From Planctomycetota bacterium (lineage in GTDB: Bacteria > Planctomycetota > PLA2 > JAEUHO01), in NCBI GenBank assembly GCA_050248855.1, contig JBFWRP010000005.1, positions 64,001-128,000 on the forward strand: DNA of 64,000 bases, read 5' to 3'. Both the position numbers and the translations under genes were made by a program. A model generated the notes under the pieces. The model was given only the letters and a program-made list of their open reading frames with translations. It ran no database searches and was not told where the DNA came from. Numbering within the stretch: position 1 is the stretch's first letter; each line of letters begins with the position of its first letter. Shown here one piece after another: positions 38,064-48,864 of the stretch.

Positions 38064-39485
38064 TCAGGAGCGGCCCACCAGGAGATCGGCCAGCGCCGCC
38101 TCCAGCTCGGGCCCGTGGCCCACGACGCCCGCCACGCCCTCGAGCATGGCCGGCGCCAGGGCCACGCGAGGCGTGCCCGGCGGCAGGTCCGCCAGCCAGG
38201 CAGCGAGCGGCGCCGACACGCCGGCGGCCCCCTTCCACGCCCGGACCTCGGCCGCGACGACCACGGCGGCGGGAGCGACCTCGCCGACGGGCGGCAGCGC
38301 ACCCGCGCGCGAGAACACACGTCGCACGGGCAGACCCGCGGCCGCGATGCGCTCGAGCAACACCGCGCCATGCACGGGGGCCTCCGGCGTGCCATCGTCA
38401 TCCACCACGAGCACGGCCTCTGCGGACCGCACGCAGCCGGCCAGCGGGCCCACCGCGCGACGCGCCACCGCGGCCACGACCTCGGCGGCCGCGTCGGGCG
38501 GGGCCGCCGGGAGGCGCCGACCCCAGGTCGCTTCCAACCGCCGGCGTGCGGCCTCGGCCTGTTCGGCCAGCCGCTTCGCACGGCCCGTGTCCACGTCGAA
38601 CAGCTGCGCGGCGACCGCCTCGGGATGCTCGGGGTAGAGCAGCACGTCGATGCCGGCTTCGAGCGCGCGGCGCGCGGCTTCCGTCTCGTCGACGCCCTCC
38701 CCCAGCGCACCGGCCATGAGCAGCGCGTCGCTCACGAGCAACATCGGATGCTCGGGATCCCCGAGGCTGCGCGCCTCGTCGCACAGCACGCGGCTGAACG
38801 TGGCGACGACGCCGCTCGGGTCGAGCGCGGGGTAGCGCACGTGCGCGGTCATGAACGCGCGACAGCCCGCGCGCGCAGCCGCGACGAACGGGGGGATGTC
38901 GCGGGCACGCAGCTCGGCGGCCGAGGCCTCGACGAGCGGACACGCATCGTGGCTGTCGTCCACCGTCGGGCCGTGACCCGGCCAGTGCTTGCCCACCGGG
39001 AACGCGCCGCCCGCGAGCGCACCGCGGCAGTAGGCCGCGCCCAGCTCCGCGACGCGCGCCGCGTCGCTGCCGAAGGACCGCGCGCCCACGATCGGGTTGC
39101 GGGGCTCGCTGCGCACGTCGAGCACGGGCGCGAAGAGCACGTCGACGCCAGCCCGCCGGGCCTGCGTGGCGGCAGCGCGCGCGATGGCCTCGACGTCGCC
39201 GACGGTGGCCACGGTGCCGAGCACGCCGAGCGGTGGATGCGTGGCGAGCCCCCGCACCTGCTGCCCGCCGCCGCGCTCCATGTCGCTGGCAAAGCGCAGC
39301 TCGCGGCCCGCCACGTCCTCGAGGTCGCGAACGAGCGCGGCCACCTGCCCGAGCTCGCCGCCAAACAGGCAAAAGCCCATCACCCACGGCTCGCGTGCGC
39401 GCTCGAGCGCTCGCCGGGACTCCCCCCGCGCATCGCGGTCGAGCCGAACGCCGGGCATGAGCAACGGCGTCGCGAGCGGCTTCAC
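38064..39485 (-). CDS. nagZ: GH3 beta-N-acetylhexosaminidase
   Basis: SDMERG, APVLDV, RSFG, KHWPGHG...DSH, MTAHV, SDALLM; GTGA overlap with the upstream gene. Confidence 0.82.
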   Translation of the reverse strand: MKPLATPLLMPGVRLDRDARGESRRALERAREPWVMGFCLFGGELGQVAALVRDLEDVAGRELRFASDMERGGGQQVRGLATHPPLGVLGTVATVGDVEAIARAAATQARRAGVDVLFAPVLDVRSEPRNPIVGARSFGSDAARVAELGAAYCRGALAGGAFPVGKHWPGHGPTVDDSHDACPLVEASAAELRARDIPPFVAAARAGCRAFMTAHVRYPALDPSGVVATFSRVLCDEARSLGDPEHPMLLVSDALLMAGALGEGVDETEAARRALEAGIDVLLYPEHPEAVAAQLFDVDTGRAKRLAEQAEAARRRLEATWGRRLPAAPPDAAAEVVAAVARRAVGPLAGCVRSAEAVLVVDDDGTPEAPVHGAVLLERIAAAGLPVRRVFSRAGALPPVGEVAPAAVVVAAEVRAWKGAAGVSAPLAAWLADLPPGTPRVALAPAMLEGVAGVVGHGPELEAALADLLVGRS

Positions 39486-42400
39486 TCGACGCTCTCGTCG
39501 CCCTCGTCGTTGCGTCGGGCGGAGCGCGGCGGCGCCTCGGGCTCGGGCGCGTAGAACGGCGGCGGATCGGGCAGGGCTTCGGGCACGTCCAGCGACTTGC
39601 CCGTCATCGCGCCGAAGAGCTGCGTCCAGTACCCGCCGCTGCGGCCGCAGGCCATCTCGGTCCAGCCTCCGCCCAACATGTTGCGGTGGTGGCCGCTGGA
39701 GGTGAACCACGCCTTGAACGCATCGCGTCCGGTGTGCAGGCCCATGGCGATGTTCTCGCCGACACCGCCGCCGTAGCCTTGGGCCTTGGCGCGTGCGCCG
39801 GGCGTGCGGTTCTCCGCCGTGGCGCCCTTGTCGCCTGGCACGTCGTGGGAGAAGTAGCTGTTCTCCTTCATGTGCCGGCTGTGACCGCGCGCGGCGCGCA
39901 GCAAGCGCTCGTGGATCTTGACGGCGTTCAAGCCCATCATCATCCGGTACTCGTTGACCACGAGGACGTTGTCGCGCTCCTCGAAGGTGCAGGTGACGGG
40001 CACCTTGAGGTTGAACGCAAGCACTTCCAGCGAGTACTGCCGCACCTTGGCGGCGCCGGCGTCGGGGACGACGCTCGGCATGTCGACCGCCTCGTTGACG
40101 CGCTTGGCGAGGGCGTCGAGCGAGGCGTCGTGCGCCGGGTCCACCCGCACGAGGACGTCATCGACTTCGGCCAGCTGTGCGAGATCCGCCTTCAGCTTGT
40201 CGTCCCAGCCCACGATAAGCTCGAACGGGTTCTCCCAGACCTGGCGAACCGCGGCGACGCGCTCCTCGACGTCGGCTTGGCTGCGGTGGTCGGGGTTGGG
40301 GTATGGGTACGCCTGCTCGTCGCGGATCAGCGCGAGCGCGTGCGCGCGCCGCTTCTCGAGCTCCTCGAACAAGCGCGACTTGGTCTTGGCCGACGTCCAG
40401 GCGGACGCTCCCGCCAGGGACTCGACGACCGCCGCGCGGCGCGCGTGCAGGGCGGCGGCCAGGCGGGGGGCGGCGTGGTCCCCGAAGGCGAGCAGACGCG
40501 CGTAGGCCGCCTGCCGCGTCTCGGGCTTGGTCGAGGTCACGTCGGCGAGTGCGGCGACGATCGCCTTCTCGCGCTCGAGCGCCTCGCGCTCCGCGTGCGT
40601 GACGTAGCGTCCGTCGTAGGGCACGAAGCCGTCGGCGGGGAGCTCGATGCCGCGCCAGCGTGCGAGCACGCGGAACAGCGAGGCCTCGTCGAAGCCCGTC
40701 GCCCCCGCTTGCACCAGCAACGTGTCGGTGCGCGAGTCCAGGCCCAGCGCGCGCGCCAGGCAGGCCGCGTCGTACGCGGCTTCGCCCTCGGGGTCCTGGC
40801 GCTGCAGGAGCGCGTCCCATGTCGAGGCGGCCAGGCGCGCCCACACGAAGCGGCTCTCACCGCCCTGCACGACCGCATCGAAGCCGCTGGCGTCGGCCTT
40901 GCGCACGTCCACCCGCAGGCGTCCGCCGACGGGCACGTTGCGGAAGCGCTTGGCCTCGGACTGGATGGCGGCGATCAGGTGCGACACGCCCGCTTGGGCC
41001 CGCACGAGATCGGCGGCGTAGGCGCGCACGGCCTCGCGCGGCGCACCATCGGGTACCGCGGAGGCCGCGGCACCTGCGGCCTCGGCGGCGGCGGCGAACT
41101 CGCGCCTGGCGAGCGCATCGGCGGCTGCCGCCCGCGCGATCGCGAGCGCACCGCCTGCATCGAGCGGGAGGGGGCGGGTCGGCTCGCCCGTGGGCGCGTC
41201 GGCCGGCGCGTCCCCGGACGTCTCCGGCGGCACCGGCGTCGCGGGCGCAGGCGTGGGAGCAGGCGTCGTCGGGTCGGACGGCTCCGGCACGGGCGGGCGC
41301 GCCTTCTCGGCGCGCGCCCGCTCGAGCAGCTTCTCCAGCGTCGCGTGGACGGCAAAGCCCTGGTAGCCCGCGATGACGCGCTCGACCTCGTCGACGGCGC
41401 GCCAGACCAAGCCCTTCTCGAGCTTCTCCTCCACCTGCTGCATGACGCGGGCGGCAAGCTCGTTGGCCGTGGCCTCGACCTCGGCACGTCCCTCGGCCAC
41501 GCGCGCCGCGGCGTCGACGCCGGCCGGTGCGCTGCGGCCCACCGTGTCCCAGGCTGCGCGCCAGAGATCGAAGCGGTGCTCGCGCTTCCACGCATCGGCG
41601 TCGTGCGCAATGACGTCGGCACGCCCTTGCAACCACGCCTCACGCGCGGCGTGTACGCCCACGAGGAACTGGTCGAAGCGCGGGCCGGCGTCTTCGCCGA
41701 ACCGCTCGAGCAGCTCGCGGCGATGCTCGGCGAGCATGGCATCGGTCTTGTCCAGCTGCACGATGACCAGCTCGGCGATCGCGTTCTCGATGCGCGTGCG
41801 CCCGCGTGCCACGCGATCGGTCAGCTGGCGCGCCAGGTCATCGCTGCGACCGTCGGCCTCGACGGCAGCCAGCAGCGTCGCGGCTTGCCCGTAGCGTCCG
41901 GCCTCGGCGTGCGCCTGGGCCTCGACGATGCGCGGGTCGCGCGCGGCGGACGGAGCACTCCGCCCGAAGACCATCCACAGCGCGAGCAGGCCGACGCCGG
42001 CGACGCCGGCGACGATCCACGGCACCTTCGAGCGCGGGGCTGCGGCCTGTCGCGAGGTGGTGCGCTCGACGCTGCGTTCGGCACGTCGTTCGTGGACGCT
42101 GCGTTCGGCGACGCCCCGCTCCGGGGCTGGCGCAGCCGGTGCAGCGGAGGCGGCCGGCGCTGGCGCCACAGCCACCTGCACCGCCGTCGGCGCCCCCACG
42201 GTCACGCGCACTTCGCCGAGCTCGACGACATCGCCCTCGGCCAGCGCGGCTTGGCGTACGACGGCGCCGTTGCGGCGCGTGGGCTCGCCGCTGTCCAAGT
42301 CCCGCAGGCGGACGCGGCCGTCGGGCAAGGCCTCGAGCGAGCAGTGCTCGGCGGCCACCCCTTGGGCGTCCAGCGTCAGCTCGAGGCCGGCATTGCGGCC

Positions 42401-42502
42401 CAGCCGTACGACCTGCCCCAGGGGCAGCTCGGCCTCGAACTGCCGGCCTCGGATGTCGATTCGGATCGCTGTCACGAGCCCGGCCCCGTGTCCCGGCGTC
42501 AA
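39482..42502 (-). CDS. FHA-like domain / TM / C-terminal CAP (SCP) domain protein
   Basis: N-terminal VRLGR...EHC...LRDLDS; TM; C-terminal NEYR...ARGHSRHM...FSH...GENIA...SSGHHRNML...WTQLFG. Start is TTG 42502 or GTG 42475. Confidence 0.8.
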   Translation of the reverse strand: MTPGHGAGLVTAIRIDIRGRQFEAELPLGQVVRLGRNAGLELTLDAQGVAAEHCSLEALPDGRVRLRDLDSGEPTRRNGAVVRQAALAEGDVVELGEVRVTVGAPTAVQVAVAPAPAASAAPAAPAPERGVAERSVHERRAERSVERTTSRQAAAPRSKVPWIVAGVAGVGLLALWMVFGRSAPSAARDPRIVEAQAHAEAGRYGQAATLLAAVEADGRSDDLARQLTDRVARGRTRIENAIAELVIVQLDKTDAMLAEHRRELLERFGEDAGPRFDQFLVGVHAAREAWLQGRADVIAHDADAWKREHRFDLWRAAWDTVGRSAPAGVDAAARVAEGRAEVEATANELAARVMQQVEEKLEKGLVWRAVDEVERVIAGYQGFAVHATLEKLLERARAEKARPPVPEPSDPTTPAPTPAPATPVPPETSGDAPADAPTGEPTRPLPLDAGGALAIARAAAADALARREFAAAAEAAGAAASAVPDGAPREAVRAYAADLVRAQAGVSHLIAAIQSEAKRFRNVPVGGRLRVDVRKADASGFDAVVQGGESRFVWARLAASTWDALLQRQDPEGEAAYDAACLARALGLDSRTDTLLVQAGATGFDEASLFRVLARWRGIELPADGFVPYDGRYVTHAEREALEREKAIVAALADVTSTKPETRQAAYARLLAFGDHAAPRLAAALHARRAAVVESLAGASAWTSAKTKSRLFEELEKRRAHALALIRDEQAYPYPNPDHRSQADVEERVAAVRQVWENPFELIVGWDDKLKADLAQLAEVDDVLVRVDPAHDASLDALAKRVNEAVDMPSVVPDAGAAKVRQYSLEVLAFNLKVPVTCTFEERDNVLVVNEYRMMMGLNAVKIHERLLRAARGHSRHMKENSYFSHDVPGDKGATAENRTPGARAKAQGYGGGVGENIAMGLHTGRDAFKAWFTSSGHHRNMLGGGWTEMACGRSGGYWTQLFGAMTGKSLDVPEALPDPPPFYAPEPEAPPRSARRNDEGDESVE

Positions 42503-42564
42503 CTGCGCGGAAGTCTACCCCCCGTCATCGGCCATCGGGTGCCCGCAGCGGACCCGCGTTCGCG

Positions 42565-43758
42565 TCAGCCGCCGAGATGGAGGACGAAGTCGAGGAGCTC
42601 GTGCGCGCGGTCCACGCGGAAGCCGGACTGCTGCGCCCCTACCTCCGTGAACGCACTCCGGCGGTGGCTGCGCACGCCCGGCCCGAACAGGGCGAAGGGG
42701 ACGGGATCCTCGAGGACGCGCCCGCTCTCGGTGGAGGTTGCGGGCCCGGCCAGGACGACCAGCCTGAGGTCCCGCCGGCGCATCGCGGCCTCCAGGAGGG
42801 GACCGACCACGTAGCCGTCTGCGCGCTCGAGCAGCTCGACCTTGCCGACGAAGTCGCGGGCATGGGAGGCGGCTTCGAGCGCCGCCACGTGGAGGAACAC
42901 CAAGTCGTGCTGGTCCAGGCCGGCGAGGGCGGCGTCCGCCTTGGCGCGGAGCGCGGAGTCCATGCGGCCCGTGGCCCCCACGGGAACCAGGACCTCGATG
43001 CCCTGGAGCACGGCGGCCCCGCGGAACGCGTTGTCCACGCCCACGGCCAAGGCGGACAGCCCCGTGCGTTCCTTCATCGACGGCAGCGGGAGACTGACCC
43101 CCGGGCTCCAGGGCCAGATCAAGGTGGCCGGGTTCTCTCCGAGGTCCCGCCGGAGCTCGTTGACCTCGTGGGCGGGCAGCAGCGCCGCGCTGCGCTGCAT
43201 GGCTGCCAGCAGGCGACCGATGCCGGTGCCGCGGGGGAGAGCCGAGTCCAGCGCCCGCTCGACCACTTCGTAGGGCGGCACCGTGGAGAGCCGTACGTCG
43301 CGCGCCCCGGCCCACACGAGCACGTGGCTGCCGGCGGCGCCGGCGTGCAGCGACAGCGCATCGTCGGCCAGGGCCTCGTCGAGGCTCGTGAGCAGGAGCT
43401 CGGCCTCGTCGCGGCTCACGTGCCCCGCGGTCGGGTCCAGGATCGTGCGCTCGTCGGCCGTCACGAGCGAGAGGCGCATGGCCTGGTCGAGCGAACCGAC
43501 TTCCACGCCCAAGCCCGCCGCATCGAGCGCGGCGCCGATGTCGCCGAAGGACGAGGGATCGAGCCCGTAGAGGGCCAGCACGAACGCGACTTCTTCCGGG
43601 CGCATGCCTTGCGGCGCCGCGACCACGCGGCCGAGGCGGCCCTCCGCAGCCAGGCGGTCCAGGTGCGGCGTGGCCGCTGCCTCCAGCGGCGTCCGCCCGC
43701 CCAGGTCCTCGACGGGCCGGTCGGCGGCGCCCGCGAGGCAGAGGACGAGCGTGCGCAT
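42565..43758 (-). CDS. Cofactor-independent phosphoglycerate mutase (ApgM)-like protein, catalytic residues degenerate
   Basis: LGGRTPLEAA.TP.LD.LA..G..G, HEVN..R...GENPA..IWPW, KVELLE..D and DPVPF scaffold motifs. Confidence 0.8.
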   Translation of the reverse strand: MRTLVLCLAGAADRPVEDLGGRTPLEAAATPHLDRLAAEGRLGRVVAAPQGMRPEEVAFVLALYGLDPSSFGDIGAALDAAGLGVEVGSLDQAMRLSLVTADERTILDPTAGHVSRDEAELLLTSLDEALADDALSLHAGAAGSHVLVWAGARDVRLSTVPPYEVVERALDSALPRGTGIGRLLAAMQRSAALLPAHEVNELRRDLGENPATLIWPWSPGVSLPLPSMKERTGLSALAVGVDNAFRGAAVLQGIEVLVPVGATGRMDSALRAKADAALAGLDQHDLVFLHVAALEAASHARDFVGKVELLERADGYVVGPLLEAAMRRRDLRLVVLAGPATSTESGRVLEDPVPFALFGPGVRSHRRSAFTEVGAQQSGFRVDRAHELLDFVLHLGG

Positions 43759-43806
43759 CGACGGACAACCTCCCGCGGAGCGGGCGCGGCCCCAAGCCGC
43801 GCGACC

Positions 43807-44271
43807 CTACTCCTCGTCGTCCTCGCTCGGCCGCGGTTCCTGGGGCAGCAAGAGCCAGGGGAACGACTTCCCCGGCACCTGCCAGCGCTCCAGGCGCGTG
43901 TCGAAGCCGACGACGTAGACCTCCATGACGAGGCCGGTCACCGCCTCGTGGACGTGGCCGGTATACGCCAGCAGCTCGCGCGGGGCGAAGACGCCGTGCA
44001 GGTGCACGAAGACGCGCTCTTCGGCCACGTCGTAGGAGATCGTGCCGCTGAGGCTGCCGACTTCCATCGGCTCCTCGAACGTGCGCTTGACATACTCGCC
44101 CGTCTCCGGGTCGAGGAACCCCAACACGAGCCGCTGCGTGCTGCCGAGGCCCTGGATGAAGCCGCTGGAGAGTCCGAGCTCGGCCGCGAAGGCGCGCAGC
44201 GACGCGACGAGCTCGTCGCCGGGGTCCAGGCGCAGGAAGTAGCGGCCGTTGCCGAGCGCCGTGTGCTGCAT
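43807..44271 (-). CDS. PPC domain (DUF296) protein
   Basis: LRLDPGDEL, IQGLGS, EVGSLSGTI, VHLHG, GHV; GGAGG RBS. Confidence 0.9.
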   Translation of the reverse strand: MQHTALGNGRYFLRLDPGDELVASLRAFAAELGLSSGFIQGLGSTQRLVLGFLDPETGEYVKRTFEEPMEVGSLSGTISYDVAEERVFVHLHGVFAPRELLAYTGHVHEAVTGLVMEVYVVGFDTRLERWQVPGKSFPWLLLPQEPRPSEDDEE

Positions 44272-44406
44272 GCCGCCTCCCGCAACCGTCCCTGCCACCC
44301 GTCGGCGACCCGGTCCCTCGCCGCGGCTGGCGATTCTTCCACGAAGCGGCCGTTGGAGCCGAGAATCCGCGCCGAGGGGGCGAAGATCGCCGCCCTCGGA
44401 GGCCTC

Positions 44407-45321
44407 GTGCACCTCTACCTCGTCGTGAACCCTGCCGCGGGCCGCCGCAACGCCGTGCCCTACGCGGAGTCCGTTGCGACGCGGCTGGAAGAGCGGGGCC
44501 ATCGCGTGACCCGGTACGTCACGAAGGGGCCTGGCGACGGCGCCGTCCACGCGGCGGGCCTGGGCCCGGACGCCTGCGACGTCCTGGGCGTCGTCGGCGG
44601 CGACGGGACGCTGGCCGAGCTCGTGGACAGCCGCCATGACGGCCTGCCGTGGCCGATCGCCTTGGTGCCGATGGGCACGGCCAACCTCGTGGCCCGCGAG
44701 CTGGGCATGCCGCTGGCCCGCGACGCGACCGCCACGGCGGCGGCTCTGCATGCGGGCATCGCCTGGCCGATCGACGTGATGGCGCTCACGGCCGAGGGCT
44801 CGCCGCGGCGGCGCGCCGTGGCCAACGTCGGCGTGGGCCCGGATGCCGAGATCGTCCGCACGATCGCCGCGCTGCGCGCGGGCAACCAGGCCTCGGGCGG
44901 CTACATCCACTGGGTGCGCCCGATCCTCGACACCATGCGCCGGGCCCACATGACGCCGCTGCACATCGAGATCGATGGGCGGAAGACCTTCCGCGGCCAC
45001 GCATGCATCGTCCAGAACGCCTCCAACTACGGCGGCGTGTTCGCGCTCAGTCCCACCGCGGGCCTGGCCAGCGGTGCGCTCGACGTGGTGGTGGTGCGCG
45101 GGCGCACCGCGCGCGACCTCATGGCCATCGGCGTCGGCGGCCTCCTGAGGCGCCTCGGCAACAACCACTTGATCAAGATCGTGCGGGGCGACCGGGTGCG
45201 CGTCGTGGCGGCCACGCCGGCGGCCGTCCAAGCGGATGGGGACCCGGCCGGCACGACCGCGCTCGAGGTCGAGCGACTGCCTGCCGCGCTGCGCCTCTGG
45301 AAGAGGACGGCGAACGCCTGA
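44407..45321 (+). CDS. Diacylglycerol/lipid kinase family protein (YegS/DgkB-like)
   Basis: NPAAG, GGDGTL.E, PMGTANL.AR, QADGD; GGAGG before GTG. Confidence 0.9.
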   Translation: MHLYLVVNPAAGRRNAVPYAESVATRLEERGHRVTRYVTKGPGDGAVHAAGLGPDACDVLGVVGGDGTLAELVDSRHDGLPWPIALVPMGTANLVARELGMPLARDATATAAALHAGIAWPIDVMALTAEGSPRRRAVANVGVGPDAEIVRTIAALRAGNQASGGYIHWVRPILDTMRRAHMTPLHIEIDGRKTFRGHACIVQNASNYGGVFALSPTAGLASGALDVVVVRGRTARDLMAIGVGGLLRRLGNNHLIKIVRGDRVRVVAATPAAVQADGDPAGTTALEVERLPAALRLWKRTANA

Positions 45322-45351
45322 CGCTGGTGTCGTGCGCGCCCCGCGGTGCGT

Positions 45352-46176
45352 TCAACCGATGGCTGCCCGCACCCGCTGGATGGTGGCGAGGAGCGCCGGC
45401 ACGGTCGTGAGCGCCAGCATGTTGGGCCCGTCGCTCAGGCCCTTGTCCGGGTCCTCGTGCATCTCGAGGAAGAAGCCGTCCACGCCGACCGCGGCGGCCG
45501 CCCGGACGAGGGCCGGCACTTCCGTGCGATCGCCCCCGCTGCGGTCTCCGAGGCCACCGGGGCGCTGCACGGCGTGCGTGCCGTCGAACACCACCGGGTG
45601 GCCGAGGCCCCGCAGGATCGGCAACGAGCGGAAGTCGACGACGAGGTTGGCGTAGCCGAACGAGACACCGCGCTCGGTCAGCAGCAGGTCGTTGCAACCC
45701 GAACCCGTCAGCTTCTGGACCACGGGGCGCATCTGCTCGGGGGCCAGGAACTGCCCCTTCTTGACGTTGACGGCCTTGCCCGTCTTCGCAGCGGCGACGA
45801 GCAGGTCGGTCTGGCGGCAGAGGAACGCGGGCACCTGCAGGATGTCGCAGACCTCGCCGACGGGCCCGGCCTGGGCCGGCTCGTGGAAGTCGGTGAGCAC
45901 GGGCACGCCGATCTCGCGGCGTACGTGGGCGAGCACGGCCAAGCCCTCCTCCAGCCCGGGCCCACGGAAGCCCCCGAGGCTCGTGCGGTTGGCCTTGTCG
46001 AAGGACGACTTGAACACGAACGTGAAGCCGGCGTCGAGTGCCATGTCGCGGATGGACTCGGCGTGGCGGAGCGCGCTGTCGCGGCTCTCGATCACGCAGG
46101 GCCCCGCGATGAGGAGAGGCGGATGGCCCGGCCCCACGAGGTGGTCGGCCACGCGGCAGGGTCGGACCTCGCTCAT
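45352..46176 (-). CDS. kdsA: KDO8P synthase (3-deoxy-8-phosphooctulonate synthase)
   Basis: [51 protein letters not shown] overlap with lysA. Confidence 0.96.
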   Translation of the reverse strand: MSEVRPCRVADHLVGPGHPPLLIAGPCVIESRDSALRHAESIRDMALDAGFTFVFKSSFDKANRTSLGGFRGPGLEEGLAVLAHVRREIGVPVLTDFHEPAQAGPVGEVCDILQVPAFLCRQTDLLVAAAKTGKAVNVKKGQFLAPEQMRPVVQKLTGSGCNDLLLTERGVSFGYANLVVDFRSLPILRGLGHPVVFDGTHAVQRPGGLGDRSGGDRTEVPALVRAAAAVGVDGFFLEMHEDPDKGLSDGPNMLALTTVPALLATIQRVRAAIG

Positions 46177-47492
46177 GGCCGGGCCTCCTCGGCATCCACG
46201 GCGGACGCGGCCACGTGGACGAACGTGGGCGTGGCCGTCTCCGCGGCCACGAGATCGTCGTAGGTCTCGCGGCGCCGCGCCACGGCGAACCGGTCGCCGG
46301 CCACCAGCACCTCCGGCGGTCGCGGCCGTGCGTTGTACGTGCTGCTCATCGTGAAGCCGTAGGCGCCCACCCCGAACACGGCCAGGAGATCGCCCGCCGC
46401 CACGTCGGGCAACGGGCGGTCCTTGGCCAGGAAGTCGCCGCTCTCGCAGACCGGGCCCACGACATCGACGCGCGGGAGCCCCTCGGCCTCGCCGACGGGC
46501 GGCGCGCCGTGGCCGGCGACGGGCCAGATGCGATGCCATCCCCCGTAGAGGCTCGGCCGGATCAGGTCGTTCATGCCCGCATCCACGATCACGAAGCGCT
46601 TGGAGCCGGCCTGCTTGCGGTACAGCACGCGCGTCACGAGCGCCCCGGCGTTGCCCACGAGGACCCGTCCGGGCTCCATGAGCAGCTTGAGGCCCAGGTG
46701 CTTGACGTGCGGGCGCACCACGCGGGCGTACTCCTCGAACGAGGGCGCGCGCAGGTCCTTGTAGAAGATGCCGAACCCGCCCCCCATGTCGAGGGAGGCC
46801 AGGTCCGGGGCGTCGGGCTGGAGCGTGCGCGCCAGCTCGGCCACCCGGCCGACGGCTTCGCCGTACGGCGTGACGTCGGTGATCTGGCTCCCGATGTGGC
46901 ACTGCAAGCCCACGAGGCGCAGGGACGGCCGGTCGAGCACGCGGCGGGCCAGCTCCGCGCCGCGGGCGATGGGGAGGCCGAACTTGGACTCCTTCAGGCC
47001 CGTGGCGATGTAAGCGTGGGTCTGCGGGTCCACGTCCGGGTTGACGCGCAGGGCCACGTCGGCACGACGACCGGTCTCGGCGGCCACGCGCGCCAGGGCC
47101 TCGAGCTCTTCCTCGCTCTCGACGTTGAAGAGCCGTACGCCGTAGGCGAGCGCGGCGTCCATCTCGGCGCGCGTCTTGCCCACGCCCGAGAACACGATGC
47201 GCTCGCCCGGTACGCCGAGGCGGCGCAGCCGATCCAGCTCCCCCCCGCTGACGATGTCGAAGCCGAGGCCGCGGGCGGCCAGGTCCGCGAGGAGCGCGAG
47301 GTTGCCGTTCGCCTTCATCGCGTAGCAGACGAGCGGGTCGAGGTCGGCGAACGCCGCCTGCAAGCGGTCGACGTGGTCGCGGACGGTGCCGAGCGAATAG
47401 ACGTAGGCCGGCGTGCCTACGGCGCGGGCGATCGCGTCGAGGGGGACGTCCTCGACGACCAGCTGCCCGTCGCGGTAGGCGAAGCGGTCCAT
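46173..47492 (-). CDS. lysA: Diaminopimelate decarboxylase
   Basis: YAMKAN (PLP Lys), [27 protein letters not shown]...YN. Confidence 0.96.
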   Translation of the reverse strand: MDRFAYRDGQLVVEDVPLDAIARAVGTPAYVYSLGTVRDHVDRLQAAFADLDPLVCYAMKANGNLALLADLAARGLGFDIVSGGELDRLRRLGVPGERIVFSGVGKTRAEMDAALAYGVRLFNVESEEELEALARVAAETGRRADVALRVNPDVDPQTHAYIATGLKESKFGLPIARGAELARRVLDRPSLRLVGLQCHIGSQITDVTPYGEAVGRVAELARTLQPDAPDLASLDMGGGFGIFYKDLRAPSFEEYARVVRPHVKHLGLKLLMEPGRVLVGNAGALVTRVLYRKQAGSKRFVIVDAGMNDLIRPSLYGGWHRIWPVAGHGAPPVGEAEGLPRVDVVGPVCESGDFLAKDRPLPDVAAGDLLAVFGVGAYGFTMSSTYNARPRPPEVLVAGDRFAVARRRETYDDLVAAETATPTFVHVAASAVDAEEARP

Positions 47493-47536
47493 CGGGCGGG
47501 GAGCCTACCCCGGCCGCGGCCGCGGACGGGGTCGGA

Positions 47537-48430
<894 letters not shown>

Positions 48431-48864
48431 GGTTCCCTCCCCGGCCCTCCCGGGCCGGCCCAGCGTCGACACCCCGACACCACCGCGCTGCCTGCGCGAG
48501 CTGCCCTCCCTGGAGCGACGACCTGGACGGACCGATCCTGGGGAGCAAGCGCCGCCCGCCCAAGCCCAAAACTCCGGGGCCGATGACCTCCGCACCCCCT
48601 CGGGCGACCGCGCGGGGAGACGCAAGGGGTCGGGCCCGGCTTGGGGGGAAATGCGTTCTAGCCACTAGATGTGGGAGGCTGACAACGCGCGACGGTCGTC
48701 ACCCCCCACCTGTCATCGATGCGTCACACGGCTGGTCGGAGGGTGCAGCAGCGGGTCCGCGGCACGTGACCGGAGCCGCTCCGGGCCACGAGGCTACGTG
48801 CGGGGGGGGACGGTCGCGCGGGTAGAACGGCGCCCCCGGCATGCCGGGTGGCAAGGAGGCCGCG

